A stretch of DNA of 64,000 bases from an uncultured Gemmatimonadaceae bacterium (GCA_963817955.1 CAWFQK010000004.1:1440001-1504000); one strand, 5' to 3'. Positions 1-9,934 are shown, counted from the stretch's first letter. Translations and numbers: made by a program. The notes: generated by a model not told the origin, from the sequence alone.

Positions 1-864
1 CAGGATGCGTGTCGTGACACTGCCAATGAGCATCCGTGCGACGAATCCGTGACCATGACTGCCTGTTGCGACGAGATCCGCGTTGACACTCGTGGCGAAC
101 GCGAGCAGTTCCGTTGCGGGGTCGCCCTGGAGCAGGATGCGTTGCACGACGACGTCGGAAGGAATACGAAGCTGCTCACGTATCTTCTCGAGCGCCTCGC
201 CGGCGTCCTGGCGATACGAAGAACCATGACCGTGCCAATCGTACAACGTGCTGTCACGCGGGGCCACGTGTGCCAGATAGATAGTCGCTTGCGGCGCCGC
301 CAGCTCAATGGCCAGTCGCGCGGCGCGCAGACTGGTTTCGCTGAAGTCAATCGCAACGACAATACGGTGCAAGGCGCTCGTCAGGCCATTCGTGACAGCG
401 AGGACGGGCACAGCAGAAACACGAATGAGCCGCAGCGCCGTCTCATCGCCGAACAGGCGGTCGATGACGCGGTGGCGACCGAGGCCGGCGACGACCATGG
501 CGGCGTTGCCGTCGTGTGCAACGCGTGCGATCGTCGAGGCCGGATCGCCATGATAGACCTCGACGTCCAGATTGGCGTCGGACCAAAGACGGTGCATCTG
601 CTCGCTGACGAGGCGTTTCTGGTCCGCGCGTCGCGCGGCCTCGACATCCGGCGAAACCGGGATGGCCGCGTCCGCAGTCACAATCGGCATCGGCCGAACG
701 ACGGATACCACCCGAAGGGCATCGTCACCGCCGGCAAACAGGCGGGCAGCGATCAATGCTGGATCTGACTGTTCGCGACCGTCCGTCGCGACAATCACCG
801 GGGCCGCCTTGTCAGCTCGGATGCCAAGTTCCGGACCAACCGATGTGGAGAGCGTCGTTGCCAT
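1..864 (-). CDS. Universal stress protein, tandem USP domains (3' end outside window)
   Basis: Absent from the ORF track because it has no stop in the window. Manual translation from ATG 864: MATTLSTSVG...PVIVATDGREQS...HRIVVAIDFSETS...ADLVATGSHGHGFVARMLIGSVTTRIL. GGAGG RBS at 874-878. Confidence 0.9.
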   Translation of the reverse strand, partial: MATTLSTSVGPELGIRADKAAPVIVATDGREQSDPALIAARLFAGGDDALRVVSVVRPMPIVTADAAIPVSPDVEAARRADQKRLVSEQMHRLWSDANLDVEVYHGDPASTIARVAHDGNAAMVVAGLGRHRVIDRLFGDETALRLIRVSAVPVLAVTNGLTSALHRIVVAIDFSETSLRAARLAIELAAPQATIYLAHVAPRDSTLYDWHGHGSSYRQDAGEALEKIREQLRIPSDVVVQRILLQGDPATELLAFATSVNADLVATGSHGHGFVARMLIGSVTTRIL

Positions 865-993
865 CGCGTCCAACCTCCTCGAGTCCTGCGATCTCACTCG
901 CTGCGCCGAAGTTGCTTTGTGTTGGACCTCGAGACCGTCAGCGAAGTTCCGCCTTCGTGTCCGAAGAGTCCAAGGAAGTGTCGGTGACCGTAC

Positions 994-1542
994 CTACGCC
1001 CTGACCTTGCGAATTCGTTCGCTGTATGCACGGGTGATGTCCATGGTCGTGACAATGCCGCACAAGCGACCGCAATCGATCACCAGGACGCCATGGGAGC
1101 CGGTATGGCGCATGAGAACGGCGGCTTCCTGCGCACTCGCCAGTGGCGAGAGGATGGGCGGACTCGAGCTCATCGCCTCTTCCACCGTATGCTCGGAGAG
1201 CATGTCCCACTCCGGCGTTTCGCTTGCGCGGAATCGCTCGACGACATCGCCACCCGCATCGTCCCACAGCTCAGTGAAGTACTCCACCGGAGGAAGCTCA
1301 TCCTCCATCGCATCTGGCTCATCCCAGACATCCGCGACGTCGCGCTCCGTTGGCACGCCGGGAGTTGCCGACGCAAACGCGATGAGCGACTGCGCCGAGA
1401 GCAATCCGACGACGCGATCCCCGTTCACGACGGGAAGCGCACTGACGCCGATGCTCGTGAGCAAATCCACGGCATCACGCAAAGACGCACCCGGGCCAAT
1501 CGTGACCGGAGCAGGGGTCATGAGATCGCCAAGCATCAGCAT
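994..1542 (-). CDS. CBS-domain pair protein with acidic insertion
   Basis: DLMTPAPVTI...ALPVVNGDRVVGLLS and EAMSSSPPIL...CGIVTTMDI CBS motifs flank a D/E-rich linker. Start moved to ATG 1542. Confidence 0.85.
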   Translation of the reverse strand: MLMLGDLMTPAPVTIGPGASLRDAVDLLTSIGVSALPVVNGDRVVGLLSAQSLIAFASATPGVPTERDVADVWDEPDAMEDELPPVEYFTELWDDAGGDVVERFRASETPEWDMLSEHTVEEAMSSSPPILSPLASAQEAAVLMRHTGSHGVLVIDCGRLCGIVTTMDITRAYSERIRKVRA

Positions 1543-1638
1543 ATTGCGAAGTTCAGAACTCACTGTCAGTTTAGGAGTCGGTGATCCCACGTCGGTATGT
1601 CAGGTATTCGCGGTCGGGAACAAGGAGGACGCCCGACG

Positions 1639-2643
1639 TCAGAAGAGTCGAACGCTGATGTATTTTTTCGGGTTTGTCTGGATATCGGCGATCAGTCCGC
1701 GCAATTGGACCAACAGCGAATCGGTCTGCCGGTACATCGACGGATTGTTGATGAACAGGCCCGCTGATCCCTGACCGCCATTGATCTTGGTGAGCACCGA
1801 GTCTCCGGTCGCCAGGAAGCTGTCGAGCCGGCCCTGCGATCGCGCGAACCGATCCGAGAGATCCCGCACCTGACTCGTCGTTCGCCGCAGCTCGCTTGCG
1901 GCAACCGAGAGATCCGCGACGATGCTGCGCATCTCTGGCGACGTCGTGGCAGAGTCGACCCGGTTCGCCGTGATTTCAACGGTGGCGGCAGCGCGGTTGA
2001 GCGACGCCACCGTCTTGCGAAGCTGACCCGAGAGCGTATCGAGATCCGACGCATGCACGCGCACGACGTTTGACATGTTGGATGACAACTCCGCCACATT
2101 GCGAATCGAGCTACGTAACTCGCGTGCCGCGGCTTCGTCGAACGCGACCTCGACCCGTCCAGCGACGCTCGCCATGTCGCCAGCGATCTGGCCGGCCACG
2201 GCCGTCAGTTTGCCAATGCCAGGCAGCGTAGCTCCAGGGAGCACGCGCTGGTCGCGACCTGGATCAGCGATGTCGCGCTGGACAGCAGCGTCACGAGGCA
2301 GTGCACCGCGCTCGATGACGGTCGCCTGCCAATCGCCGAACAGACTGGACTCGTTGATCAGCACCACGGGATCACCGGGAAGTTGTACTCTCGGATCGAG
2401 CTTCATACGGACGTTCACCCAGCCGTCCGGCGCGAGCTCGATCGCTTGGATGCGCCCGCCGATGACGCCGCGGATGACGACTGAGTTTCCCACGCGCGCA
2501 TTGCCGACGTCACGGAACTGCGCCACCACTTCACGCTGCCGCTGTCCGACATCCGCCTGTTTGATCCAGGCAAGGCTGCCGGCGAGCGCGAGCGCGACGA
2601 CGAGGACCACGATGCCGACCAACACGTCATGATTGCGCCTCAT
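1639..2643 (-). CDS. mlaD: MlaD/MCE-family lipid transport substrate-binding protein
   Basis: N-terminal TM, MCE domain (FRDVGNARVGNSVVIRGVIGGRI; NESSLFGD), helical tail ending GSAGLFINNPSMY...NPKKYISVRLF. Confidence 0.88.
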   Translation of the reverse strand: MRRNHDVLVGIVVLVVALALAGSLAWIKQADVGQRQREVVAQFRDVGNARVGNSVVIRGVIGGRIQAIELAPDGWVNVRMKLDPRVQLPGDPVVLINESSLFGDWQATVIERGALPRDAAVQRDIADPGRDQRVLPGATLPGIGKLTAVAGQIAGDMASVAGRVEVAFDEAAARELRSSIRNVAELSSNMSNVVRVHASDLDTLSGQLRKTVASLNRAAATVEITANRVDSATTSPEMRSIVADLSVAASELRRTTSQVRDLSDRFARSQGRLDSFLATGDSVLTKINGGQGSAGLFINNPSMYRQTDSLLVQLRGLIADIQTNPKKYISVRLF

Positions 2644-3488
2644 CGCGGCCCCTCACGTCCGAGCAGCCACGTCACTGCCCAGAACGCATCGAGCACGAGG
2701 ATGAGCACGGCTGAGATCACGACGGCAGACGTGGCCGCGCGTCCCACACCAACGGCACCGCCACGCGTGTCGAGCCCGCGCACGCACCCCACGAGCGTGA
2801 CAGCGAGACCGAAGCTCGCCGCCTTCACGAGTCCATACTGCACGTCGAACGTGAGGAAGAAGAGCCGCACGCCTTTCACGAACTCCGGCGTTGACAGATG
2901 CAGCAACAACACCGAGGCGACCCAGCCGGCGCCGATCCCTGCGATCATCGCCGCGGCGACGATGACCGGGAACATGACGACGCCGGCGACTACACGAGGC
3001 AATACGAGGTACGGCAGCGGATCGTAACCGAGCGTCTCGAGCGCGTCGATCTGCTCCGTGACCTTCATCGTTCCCAGCTCCGCGGCGATATTGGCGCCGA
3101 CACGGCCGGCGAGCGCGAGCCCGGTGAGCACCGGCGCCAGCTCCAGCGTGATCGTCTTCTCCACGAGCGTGCCAACGAAGTAGAGCGGCACCGCGCCCGT
3201 GAAGGAGTAGCTCGCAAGCAGCGCGAGCACGATACCGGTGAACAGCGCGATGTAGAGGGCGATGGGCATCGACGCGACCCCGAGCTTCCACGCTTGATCG
3301 AGCGATTGCGGCAGCCACGTCCGAATGTCACGTGCGGACGCAAAGGTCTCGGCGACGAATCTGGCGCGCCCGCCCAACGATGCGAGCAACTGCTGGGTCA
3401 CCGCACCGATACTGCCGACCGCGCGCACCAGAATGCGACCGGTGGAACGGGACGGACGTGAGTCGACGACCTGAGTGGAAATGGCCAT
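2640..3488 (-). CDS. mlaE: MlaE-family ABC permease
   Basis: ELAPVLTGLALAGRVGANIAAELGTMKVTEQIDALETLGYDP signature. 4-bp overlap with mlaD. Start ATG 3488. Confidence 0.93.
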   Translation of the reverse strand: MAISTQVVDSRPSRSTGRILVRAVGSIGAVTQQLLASLGGRARFVAETFASARDIRTWLPQSLDQAWKLGVASMPIALYIALFTGIVLALLASYSFTGAVPLYFVGTLVEKTITLELAPVLTGLALAGRVGANIAAELGTMKVTEQIDALETLGYDPLPYLVLPRVVAGVVMFPVIVAAAMIAGIGAGWVASVLLLHLSTPEFVKGVRLFFLTFDVQYGLVKAASFGLAVTLVGCVRGLDTRGGAVGVGRAATSAVVISAVLILVLDAFWAVTWLLGREGPR

Positions 3489-3739
3489 GCTGAGTCCCGG
3501 TGAACAGCTCGTGAATTTCAACGTAGATCGCGCACGAATGAATTCCGTCGGGGAAGCAAGCGCCGAACGCCAGTGATCGCCCGACGTCCTCTTCCCGTGA
3601 TCCGCGATCGCCACGGTGCTGGACGTTGGCAGTCCGGCCTGCGCGCGTGCGACAAAGGCGGACGACGCTCGGCAGAACGCCCGACGCCCCAGGGGCTCGC
3701 GGGCGGCCATGGTTCACTCGAGGCCACACAGGAGCGCGT

Positions 3740-4072
3740 ATGAGCGGCATCAATACGGGGTCGCGCGGCGACGCCAAGAGCCATTCGAGTATGGCCAACG
3801 AGCGCGCCGCTGACGCACTCGACGCATTGGCCAAGCGCTTTCCACCGGGGCACGGCAACCGCAAGCGAGTTGCCGCCTACCGCAATGCAGCAGAGTCGTT
3901 GCGAACGACCGAACATGACATCGTCGACCTCTGGAAGCGCGGCGACGGCCGGGCGCTGACGACGATCAGCGGCGTCACGCCGGCGATCGCGCAGATGCTC
4001 GCGGAGTTGATCGCATCGAAGCGATTGCTGTTGACCGACCCGGTCAGGGAGGACGAAGAGGACGACGTGTGA
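3740..4072 (+). CDS. Stand-alone helix-hairpin-helix protein (PolX N-terminal 8-kDa domain-like)
   Basis: AGGAG RBS then ATG 3740. NERAADAL...NRKRVAAYRNAAESL...LTTISGVTPAIAQMLAELIAS matches the PolX N-terminal domain pattern. Acidic tail. Confidence 0.7.
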   Translation: MSGINTGSRGDAKSHSSMANERAADALDALAKRFPPGHGNRKRVAAYRNAAESLRTTEHDIVDLWKRGDGRALTTISGVTPAIAQMLAELIASKRLLLTDPVREDEEDDV

Positions 4073-4173
4073 ACGCGCGCGCGGAGCGGCTGCACCGGCG
4101 GCGCGTTGCGCACGGCACGACGTAACGCATGCAATCTTCGAACGCACTACGCACCGACGTACCCACAGAGGAG

Positions 4174-4200
4174 AACGCCGGCGCGTTGCGCCGGCGTTTT
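4174..4200. terminator. Probable bidirectional intrinsic terminator
   Basis: AACGCCGGCGC-GTT-GCGCCGGCGTT stem ending in a T-run, between the convergent HhH and Hsp20 genes. Confidence 0.7.
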
Positions 4201-4222
4201 CCGCTGTCGTACCGGCTCGCCA

Positions 4223-4702
4223 TCATTTCACAGCGATCTCGATCTTCCGGCCTTTCGTTTTCGCCTCGGCCGTCTTGGGAAGATGCACCTTCAGCACTCC
4301 CTTCTCGAACTCAGCCGTGATCTTCGCGGCATCGACCGTCTTCGGCAGCGTGAATGACCGCTGGAACGATCCATAGGTCCGCTCGAAGAGATGGTACTTC
4401 TTTTCCTCCTCCTCCTTCTTCTCTTCGAACTTCTCACCGCGGAGCGTCAGAACGCCTTCCTCGACCGAGATATCGATGTCCTTGCGCTCCAGACCCGGCA
4501 ACTCCGCCGTGAGCGTCAGTTCGAGATCGGATTCGATGATGTCCGTCGGCGGCATCCAACCGATCGGCTGGGCGAAGAACTCGGTGTCGAATGGCGCACG
4601 GACATTTCCTTCGAACATCTTCCGCATCCGATTCTCGAGATCGTCGAGCATCGGGATGGGGCCGAGCACAGGAAATGTGCGGCGTGATTTGATGATTGCC
4701 AT
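4223..4702 (-). CDS. Hsp20/alpha-crystallin small heat shock protein
   Basis: AELPGL..DIDISVEEGVLTLRGEK...ERTYGSFQRSFTLP...AEFEKGVLKVHLPK, C-terminal IEI motif, GGAGG RBS. Confidence 0.96.
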   Translation of the reverse strand: MAIIKSRRTFPVLGPIPMLDDLENRMRKMFEGNVRAPFDTEFFAQPIGWMPPTDIIESDLELTLTAELPGLERKDIDISVEEGVLTLRGEKFEEKKEEEEKKYHLFERTYGSFQRSFTLPKTVDAAKITAEFEKGVLKVHLPKTAEAKTKGRKIEIAVK

Positions 4703-4962
4703 ACGTACCTCCTCGTGAGAAACGTGCGTCCGCTATCCGGTCAGCTGAGAGCAATTCGAAGCTACGCCGCGCCAAATGAGTGACAGTCAGCCCCACACCC
4801 CACGGTCGCGTGCAGAAGCCCGACTTCGGCCACCCGCTTTTCCTGACTGTGGCGCGGCGTCGATCCCAGACGTCAGGCGACATGGGACATGTCCGTCCGA
4901 TCCGCTCATTCAACATGTCGTGTGTCAATCATGAGAACATCGGTGGTCTGACTCGCGGCCCG

Positions 4963-4999
4963 TCGGGTATGTCCCGTGGTTTGTTCAGCGCGTTCCCGA
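4963..4999. promoter_or_regulatory. Tandem putative NarL-family regulator boxes
   Basis: TCGGG-TATGT-CCCGT (4963) and TCAGC-GCGTT-CCCGA (4985), 22 bp apart, in the divergent hsp20/aeRF1-like intergenic region. Confidence 0.55.
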
Positions 5000-5081
5000 C
5001 GAGTCCGTCGTCACTGCCCTGACTGCCCACGTCGCCCCTGATGCGTACCATTTGGCACGGTACCGTTACCACAGGATGCCC

Positions 5082-6194
5082 ATGCTGCTGAACCGCGTGC
5101 AACTCGGCGAACTCGCGGATCACCTCCGCCAGACGCCGACTCTCAGCGCCTACATCGACACGTCGAGCGACGACCCCGCTGCCCGAGCTGCATGGCTTAC
5201 CGAGGCCCGCAATGCCATCGACGGCCTGCGGGAGAAACTCGTCAGCCGCCCGCACGCCGAGCAACTGGCGTTCGACCGCGCGGCGAGCCGGCTGGAAATG
5301 CGCTTGCGCGGTCTGCGCAACGCGCACCGAGCACCGAGCTGGATGCTCATTGTTGCCGATGGCGACGTGCATCATTTCGGCGCACTCCCGACGCGACTGA
5401 AGACCGAGCTGCACTGGCAACTCGGGCCACGGCTGGGGCCATACGCGCAGCTGCTCAAACAGGAGCGGCCCGTGATCGTCACCCTCATCGACGCGAAGTC
5501 GGTGACCTTGTATCGATACTCCGACGGCACCGTCCGTACGCTGACGACCAAGCATGCGCTCCGGCGCGGCGGACATGCTGATCATATGGGCGATACACCG
5601 CGCCAACATTTCCACGGCGGTACGCGCGGCACGACCGCACACGATGAAGCGGAACGCGCCCACCGCGTCGCAGCACAACGGCTCCTCTCGCGTGCCTCGG
5701 AGGCGATCGTGGCTGCGGCAATCGACGACGCATGGATTGTCATTGGCGGCGCACGCGAACTACCGGCGCAACTCCGCGAGTTGCTCCCATACGCCGCGCG
5801 CGAACGATCAATCGCCCTTCCCGATGCATTGCGCAAGCTGCCTCGCCAGGCCATCGCGCAGGTTGCTCTGCGTGGGGCCGAGTTGCTACGCGCCGAACGG
5901 GACCGTGTCGCGGTGGAGCAGCTACTCGAGCAAACAGGTGCTCACGCGAACGGCGTCGTTGGTGCGGTCGCGACGCTCGACGCGCTCGAGCACGGCGCGG
6001 CGTCCGAGTTGCTGCTCACACCGGGGTTCATCGACGCCCATGGCATGGAAGCTGACCGCGCCATTGATCACGCCCTTGACGATGGGACAGCAATTGAGGT
6101 CGTCACCGGAGCGGCGGCGGCCGATCTCGACGCACGCGGCGGCGGCGTCGGAGCGGTGCTGCGGTTTGCCATGCACGCACCGGCTACGAGCTAG
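5082..6194 (+). CDS. Bacterial aeRF1-like protein (baeRF family; Balon/Rv2629-like candidate)
   Basis: LSAYID N-terminus, WQLGPRLGPY motif, C-terminal eRF1-domain-3 end GGVGAVLRF, no GGQ. AGGA RBS before ATG 5082. Confidence 0.75.
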   Translation: MLLNRVQLGELADHLRQTPTLSAYIDTSSDDPAARAAWLTEARNAIDGLREKLVSRPHAEQLAFDRAASRLEMRLRGLRNAHRAPSWMLIVADGDVHHFGALPTRLKTELHWQLGPRLGPYAQLLKQERPVIVTLIDAKSVTLYRYSDGTVRTLTTKHALRRGGHADHMGDTPRQHFHGGTRGTTAHDEAERAHRVAAQRLLSRASEAIVAAAIDDAWIVIGGARELPAQLRELLPYAARERSIALPDALRKLPRQAIAQVALRGAELLRAERDRVAVEQLLEQTGAHANGVVGAVATLDALEHGAASELLLTPGFIDAHGMEADRAIDHALDDGTAIEVVTGAAAADLDARGGGVGAVLRFAMHAPATS

Positions 6195-6816
6195 TCGCAC
6201 GCCGCTGCAAGTGCTTCAGGCGTACATGCTCTTCGCGTTCTCGCTCCTCGAGCGTATGCGTCACGCCGGCGATCTGCCCGATCAGCCGCGGTTCAACGCG
6301 TTCACGCAGCAGACGTAGCTGCTGCGACGTGGCCGCCACGGCGTCGGCGAGCCGCGCCACACGGAGCTCGTTCGGCGCCGCAGCAATCAACAATTCGGCC
6401 AACGTCTCGTAGGCATCGGCGGCACGAACTAGTTCCCGCTCGGTACTGCCAGGTGGCGTTCCGCGCGCATCGAGTGTACGTCGCACGCGCGACGTCGGGC
6501 TCACGTCCGCCACGGGGACACCCCAGATCTGCGCCGGTGTCACGTCCACTTCGATGTTGCTTGCTGGGCGACCGACCGCGCGCAATGCGTCGACGCCGCA
6601 CACCGACACCGCATCCAACAGCGCTCGCGCCGCCTCGTTCACGTGCTGGCCAATCTCGGCCCGCGTATTGATCGCGGGACGGGCAAGACGAAACAGATGG
6701 CCAACCAGCGCTTGCCGCTTCCGGCTCACGGCGTCCGCGCCCTTGCGCACACGTTCGAGCTGCGCCCGCGCCCGCAGCAGATTGCTGCGCGTCGGTGTGA
6801 GCCGGGTCAGGCTCAT
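6184..6816 (-). CDS. ntpD: V/A-type ATP synthase subunit D
   Basis: PTRSNLLR...KGADAVSRKRQAL, IWGVPV, LEEREREEHVRLK. ATG 6816 overlaps the subunit B stop. Confidence 0.92.
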   Translation of the reverse strand: MSLTRLTPTRSNLLRARAQLERVRKGADAVSRKRQALVGHLFRLARPAINTRAEIGQHVNEAARALLDAVSVCGVDALRAVGRPASNIEVDVTPAQIWGVPVADVSPTSRVRRTLDARGTPPGSTERELVRAADAYETLAELLIAAAPNELRVARLADAVAATSQQLRLLRERVEPRLIGQIAGVTHTLEEREREEHVRLKHLQRRATSS

Positions 6817-8192
6817 TGTGCGCCACGCGTGTTGTGCGCTACCCAGGTTGTTGGCTTGATCCGGCTCATCTCCTCGCGCGGCATGGATTCCAGCATCCGC
6901 CACCCTGCTTGAAGCGTATCATCGACCGTGCGGCGCTCGTGTTGCGTGATGAACTCTCGCTCGAACCGTTCCGAAAAGTCGGCAGCGCGGCGATCGGCCT
7001 CTGTGAGACCAGCCATGCCAACGACGGCCGCCATCGTCACGGCCTCGCGTCCGCGCGCGTACAGAGCATAGAGCTGATCCGAAACCTCGCGATGCTCCGG
7101 TCGCGTGTGCCCCGCGCCAATGCCGGCGCCCATGAGGCGCGACAGCGACGGCAGGACGTCAATCGGGGGGTCGATGTTACGTCGGAACAGATCGCGGCTG
7201 AGCACGATTTGTCCTTCTGTGATATAGCCGGTGAGATCGGGAATCGGGTGCGTGATGTCGTCGTCCGGCAGTGTCACGACCGGGATTTGGGTGATCGAGC
7301 CGGGACAACCCTGGATGAGCCCCGCACGCTCGAACAGGCTGGCGAGGTCGGTATACATGTAGCCCGGATAGCCGCGGCGACCGGGCACCTCGTCGCGTGC
7401 CGCACCCATCTCACGCAATGCTTCGCAATAGTGCGTGATGTCAGCCATCACGACGAGCACGTGCATGCCACATTCGAATGCGAGATATTCGGCCTCGGTC
7501 AACGCCACGCGCGGCGCGAGCAGCCGCTCCACGGGAGGATCGCTGGCCTGATTGAGGTAGAGAATCATCCGCTCGGAGTGCACCGCGTCGCCAAGTCGCG
7601 TGAGGAAGCTCGCCGTCTCGCGCGCCGTGATGCCCATGCCGACGAAGATCACGGCATACTCTTGTTCGCCAGGCGCACGCGCCCAACCAACGATCCGCGC
7701 GGCGAGGTCGAGCGCCGGCAAGCCAGGTCCGGCGAAAATCGGCAGCTTCTGGCCGCGCACCAGCGTGGTGAGACCGTCAATCGCCGACATACCCGTTTCG
7801 ATGAAGTCGCTGGGACGTGCCCGGCGAGCGGGATTGATCGCCGCGCCGGTGATGGGCCGCACCGCCTCGCCGATTGGCGGCGGCATATCGTCCGCCGGTG
7901 CACCGCTGCCGCTCAGCACGCGACCGAGCAGATCGCGTCCCACCACGGTTTGCGACACTTGCCCGGTGAGCATGATGTCTGTTGCCGCCGGCACCATGCC
8001 GATCATCTCCTGTTGCACATGCACAACCGTCTCGCGCTCGGACGTGTCGATGACCTGTCCGCGCCGCTCGGGCTGTCCCGGCGCGACAATGCGCACCCAC
8101 TCACCCGCCGCGACGCGGCGGGTGTGCTCGATGACGAGCAGTTGGCCGACCGCCGAGGCCGCGCCACGATAGGTGCGCGCGATCGTTGTCAT
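6813..8192 (-). CDS. ntpB: V/A-type ATP synthase subunit B
   Basis: TLVRGQKLPIF, PGRRGYPGYMYTDLA, DDITHPIPDLTGYITEGQI, PPIDVLPSLSRLM. Start ATG 8192. Confidence 0.97.
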   Translation of the reverse strand: MTTIARTYRGAASAVGQLLVIEHTRRVAAGEWVRIVAPGQPERRGQVIDTSERETVVHVQQEMIGMVPAATDIMLTGQVSQTVVGRDLLGRVLSGSGAPADDMPPPIGEAVRPITGAAINPARRARPSDFIETGMSAIDGLTTLVRGQKLPIFAGPGLPALDLAARIVGWARAPGEQEYAVIFVGMGITARETASFLTRLGDAVHSERMILYLNQASDPPVERLLAPRVALTEAEYLAFECGMHVLVVMADITHYCEALREMGAARDEVPGRRGYPGYMYTDLASLFERAGLIQGCPGSITQIPVVTLPDDDITHPIPDLTGYITEGQIVLSRDLFRRNIDPPIDVLPSLSRLMGAGIGAGHTRPEHREVSDQLYALYARGREAVTMAAVVGMAGLTEADRRAADFSERFEREFITQHERRTVDDTLQAGWRMLESMPREEMSRIKPTTWVAHNTRGAQ

Positions 8193-9934
8193 GCGGCGAT
8201 CACCGGCACCATGCGATCGAGGACCGCATCCGCGTCCGCGGCACGCGCGTCCAGCTCGGATGCCGGTCCATCCCGCATGGCCGTGAGCGCGACGCGAAGG
8301 TCGAGCAACGGAACCGCCGCGAGCGGCTGTCCCTGCGCAATGACCGCCGACGCGAGTGTGAACGCGCGCGCGCAACGCACCACGAGCGCATATGTCTTGT
8401 GCGGCGAGGAGGCGACATCATTCGGATCATAGGCGCTCTGCCTGAGTACGACGTCGCGCACGATCTCCGCGACCTCGATCGTCAGCCGATCGAGGTCGGC
8501 GAGCGCGCTCAACCCGACGAGCCCCGCGATTTCGCGCAGTTCCTGGTCCCGCTGCAGGAGCACCGATAGCTCCGCGCGCGACGCCGTCCAGTCAGAGCCG
8601 CCTTCGCGCGTAAACCACGACGCCGTTGCCTCGACGTAGAGGCTATAGCTCGTGCCCCAGTCCACCGCCGGAAAGTGCCGCTGGTGTGCAAGGCCTGCGT
8701 CGAGCGCCCAGAGCGCGCCCGTCACGCGCAGCGCTGCCTGAGTGACGGGCTCCGAGAAATCACCTCCGGGCGGCGAGATGGCGCTCACGATCGTCACCGC
8801 TCCCGGGCGACGATCAGCGCCGCACGGGGTGACACGACCGGCACGTTCGAGGAATGTGCCGAAGCGCGCCGACAACGAGGTGGGATACCCTTCTTCGCCG
8901 GGCATCTCCTGAAGCCGAGAACTGATCTCGCGAAGCGCCTCCGCCCAGCGCGAGATGCTGTCGATCATCAACGCCACTCGATATCCCATATCGCGGTAGT
9001 ACTCCGCGATCGTGACGCCGAGGTAGATCGATGCTTCGCGAGCCGCGACGGGCATGTTCGATGTGTTGGCGATGAGCACCGCCCGACTCATGACGGAGCG
9101 GCCCGTCGCCGGGTGGAGAAGTTTTGGAAACTCCTGCACGACCTCCGCCATCTCGTTTCCACGCTCGCCGCAACCGACGTACACGACGAGATCCGCATCA
9201 CCATACTTGGCGAGTGAATGTTCGACGACCGTCTTTCCAGTGCCAAACCCACCAGGCACCGCCGCACTGCCTCCTTCCGCAACGGGAAAGAGGAAGTCGA
9301 AGACGCGCTGGCCGGTGATGAACGGCCGGTCCGGTTGCAGTCGACGGGCGAACGGCCGCGCAATGCGCAACGGCCATTGGTGCGCCAGCCGTAACGGCGT
9401 GCCGCTCATCAACGCGCCGATCTGATCATCGACAGTGAAGGCGCCGCTCTCCAGGGCAGCGATGGTTCCATCCACGCCGGGCGGGACGAGCACGTGATGG
9501 CTGAAATCCTCCTGTTCCAGGACTACTCCGAGTTCGTCTCCCGGACGAACGACGTCGCCTGGTTGGGCAGTAGCGGTGAACGACCAGCGCGCGGTTGCAT
9601 CGAGCGTCGGCGCGGCGACACCGGCGGGAATGAAATCGCCAACGGAAGCGGCAAGCCGGTCGAGCGGTCTGCCGACGCCGTCAAGCAGGGATCCGAGCAG
9701 CCCCGGTCCGAGCTGCGCACTGAGCGGAGATCCCGTGCTGACGACAGGCTCGCCGAGCTGCAGGCCCGTGGTGTCTTCGAAAACCTGGAGCATTGCGATA
9801 TCGCCGCGAAGACGAATGACCTCGCCAAGCAACCGCCGCTCGCCGACGTACACGAGCTCGTACAACGCCGCGTTGCGCATTGGCTGCGCCTCGACGATCG
9901 CGCCCGCGACGCGCACGACGGAGGGCGAGGTCAC
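8189..9934 (-). CDS. ntpA: V/A-type ATP synthase catalytic subunit A
   Basis: P-loop GGFGTGKT, VGCGERGNEM, NTSNMPVAAREAS, PPGGDFSEPVTQ. GTG 9934 overlaps the subunit F stop. Confidence 0.97.
   Translation of the reverse strand: MTSPSVVRVAGAIVEAQPMRNAALYELVYVGERRLLGEVIRLRGDIAMLQVFEDTTGLQLGEPVVSTGSPLSAQLGPGLLGSLLDGVGRPLDRLAASVGDFIPAGVAAPTLDATARWSFTATAQPGDVVRPGDELGVVLEQEDFSHHVLVPPGVDGTIAALESGAFTVDDQIGALMSGTPLRLAHQWPLRIARPFARRLQPDRPFITGQRVFDFLFPVAEGGSAAVPGGFGTGKTVVEHSLAKYGDADLVVYVGCGERGNEMAEVVQEFPKLLHPATGRSVMSRAVLIANTSNMPVAAREASIYLGVTIAEYYRDMGYRVALMIDSISRWAEALREISSRLQEMPGEEGYPTSLSARFGTFLERAGRVTPCGADRRPGAVTIVSAISPPGGDFSEPVTQAALRVTGALWALDAGLAHQRHFPAVDWGTSYSLYVEATASWFTREGGSDWTASRAELSVLLQRDQELREIAGLVGLSALADLDRLTIEVAEIVRDVVLRQSAYDPNDVASSPHKTYALVVRCARAFTLASAVIAQGQPLAAVPLLDLRVALTAMRDGPASELDARAADADAVLDRMVPVIAA

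Noticed and set aside
4395..4430. Low-complexity pyrimidine tract
   Set aside because: It simply encodes EEKKEEEEKK in the variable loop of Hsp20.
6816..8432. Long antisense or alternate-frame ORFs across the window (for example 6816-8432, 40475-41770, 60116-61555, 61200-62972, 49-768)
   Set aside because: They shadow clearly recognisable genes, are Arg/Ala-rich without motifs, and are expected in GC-rich DNA.
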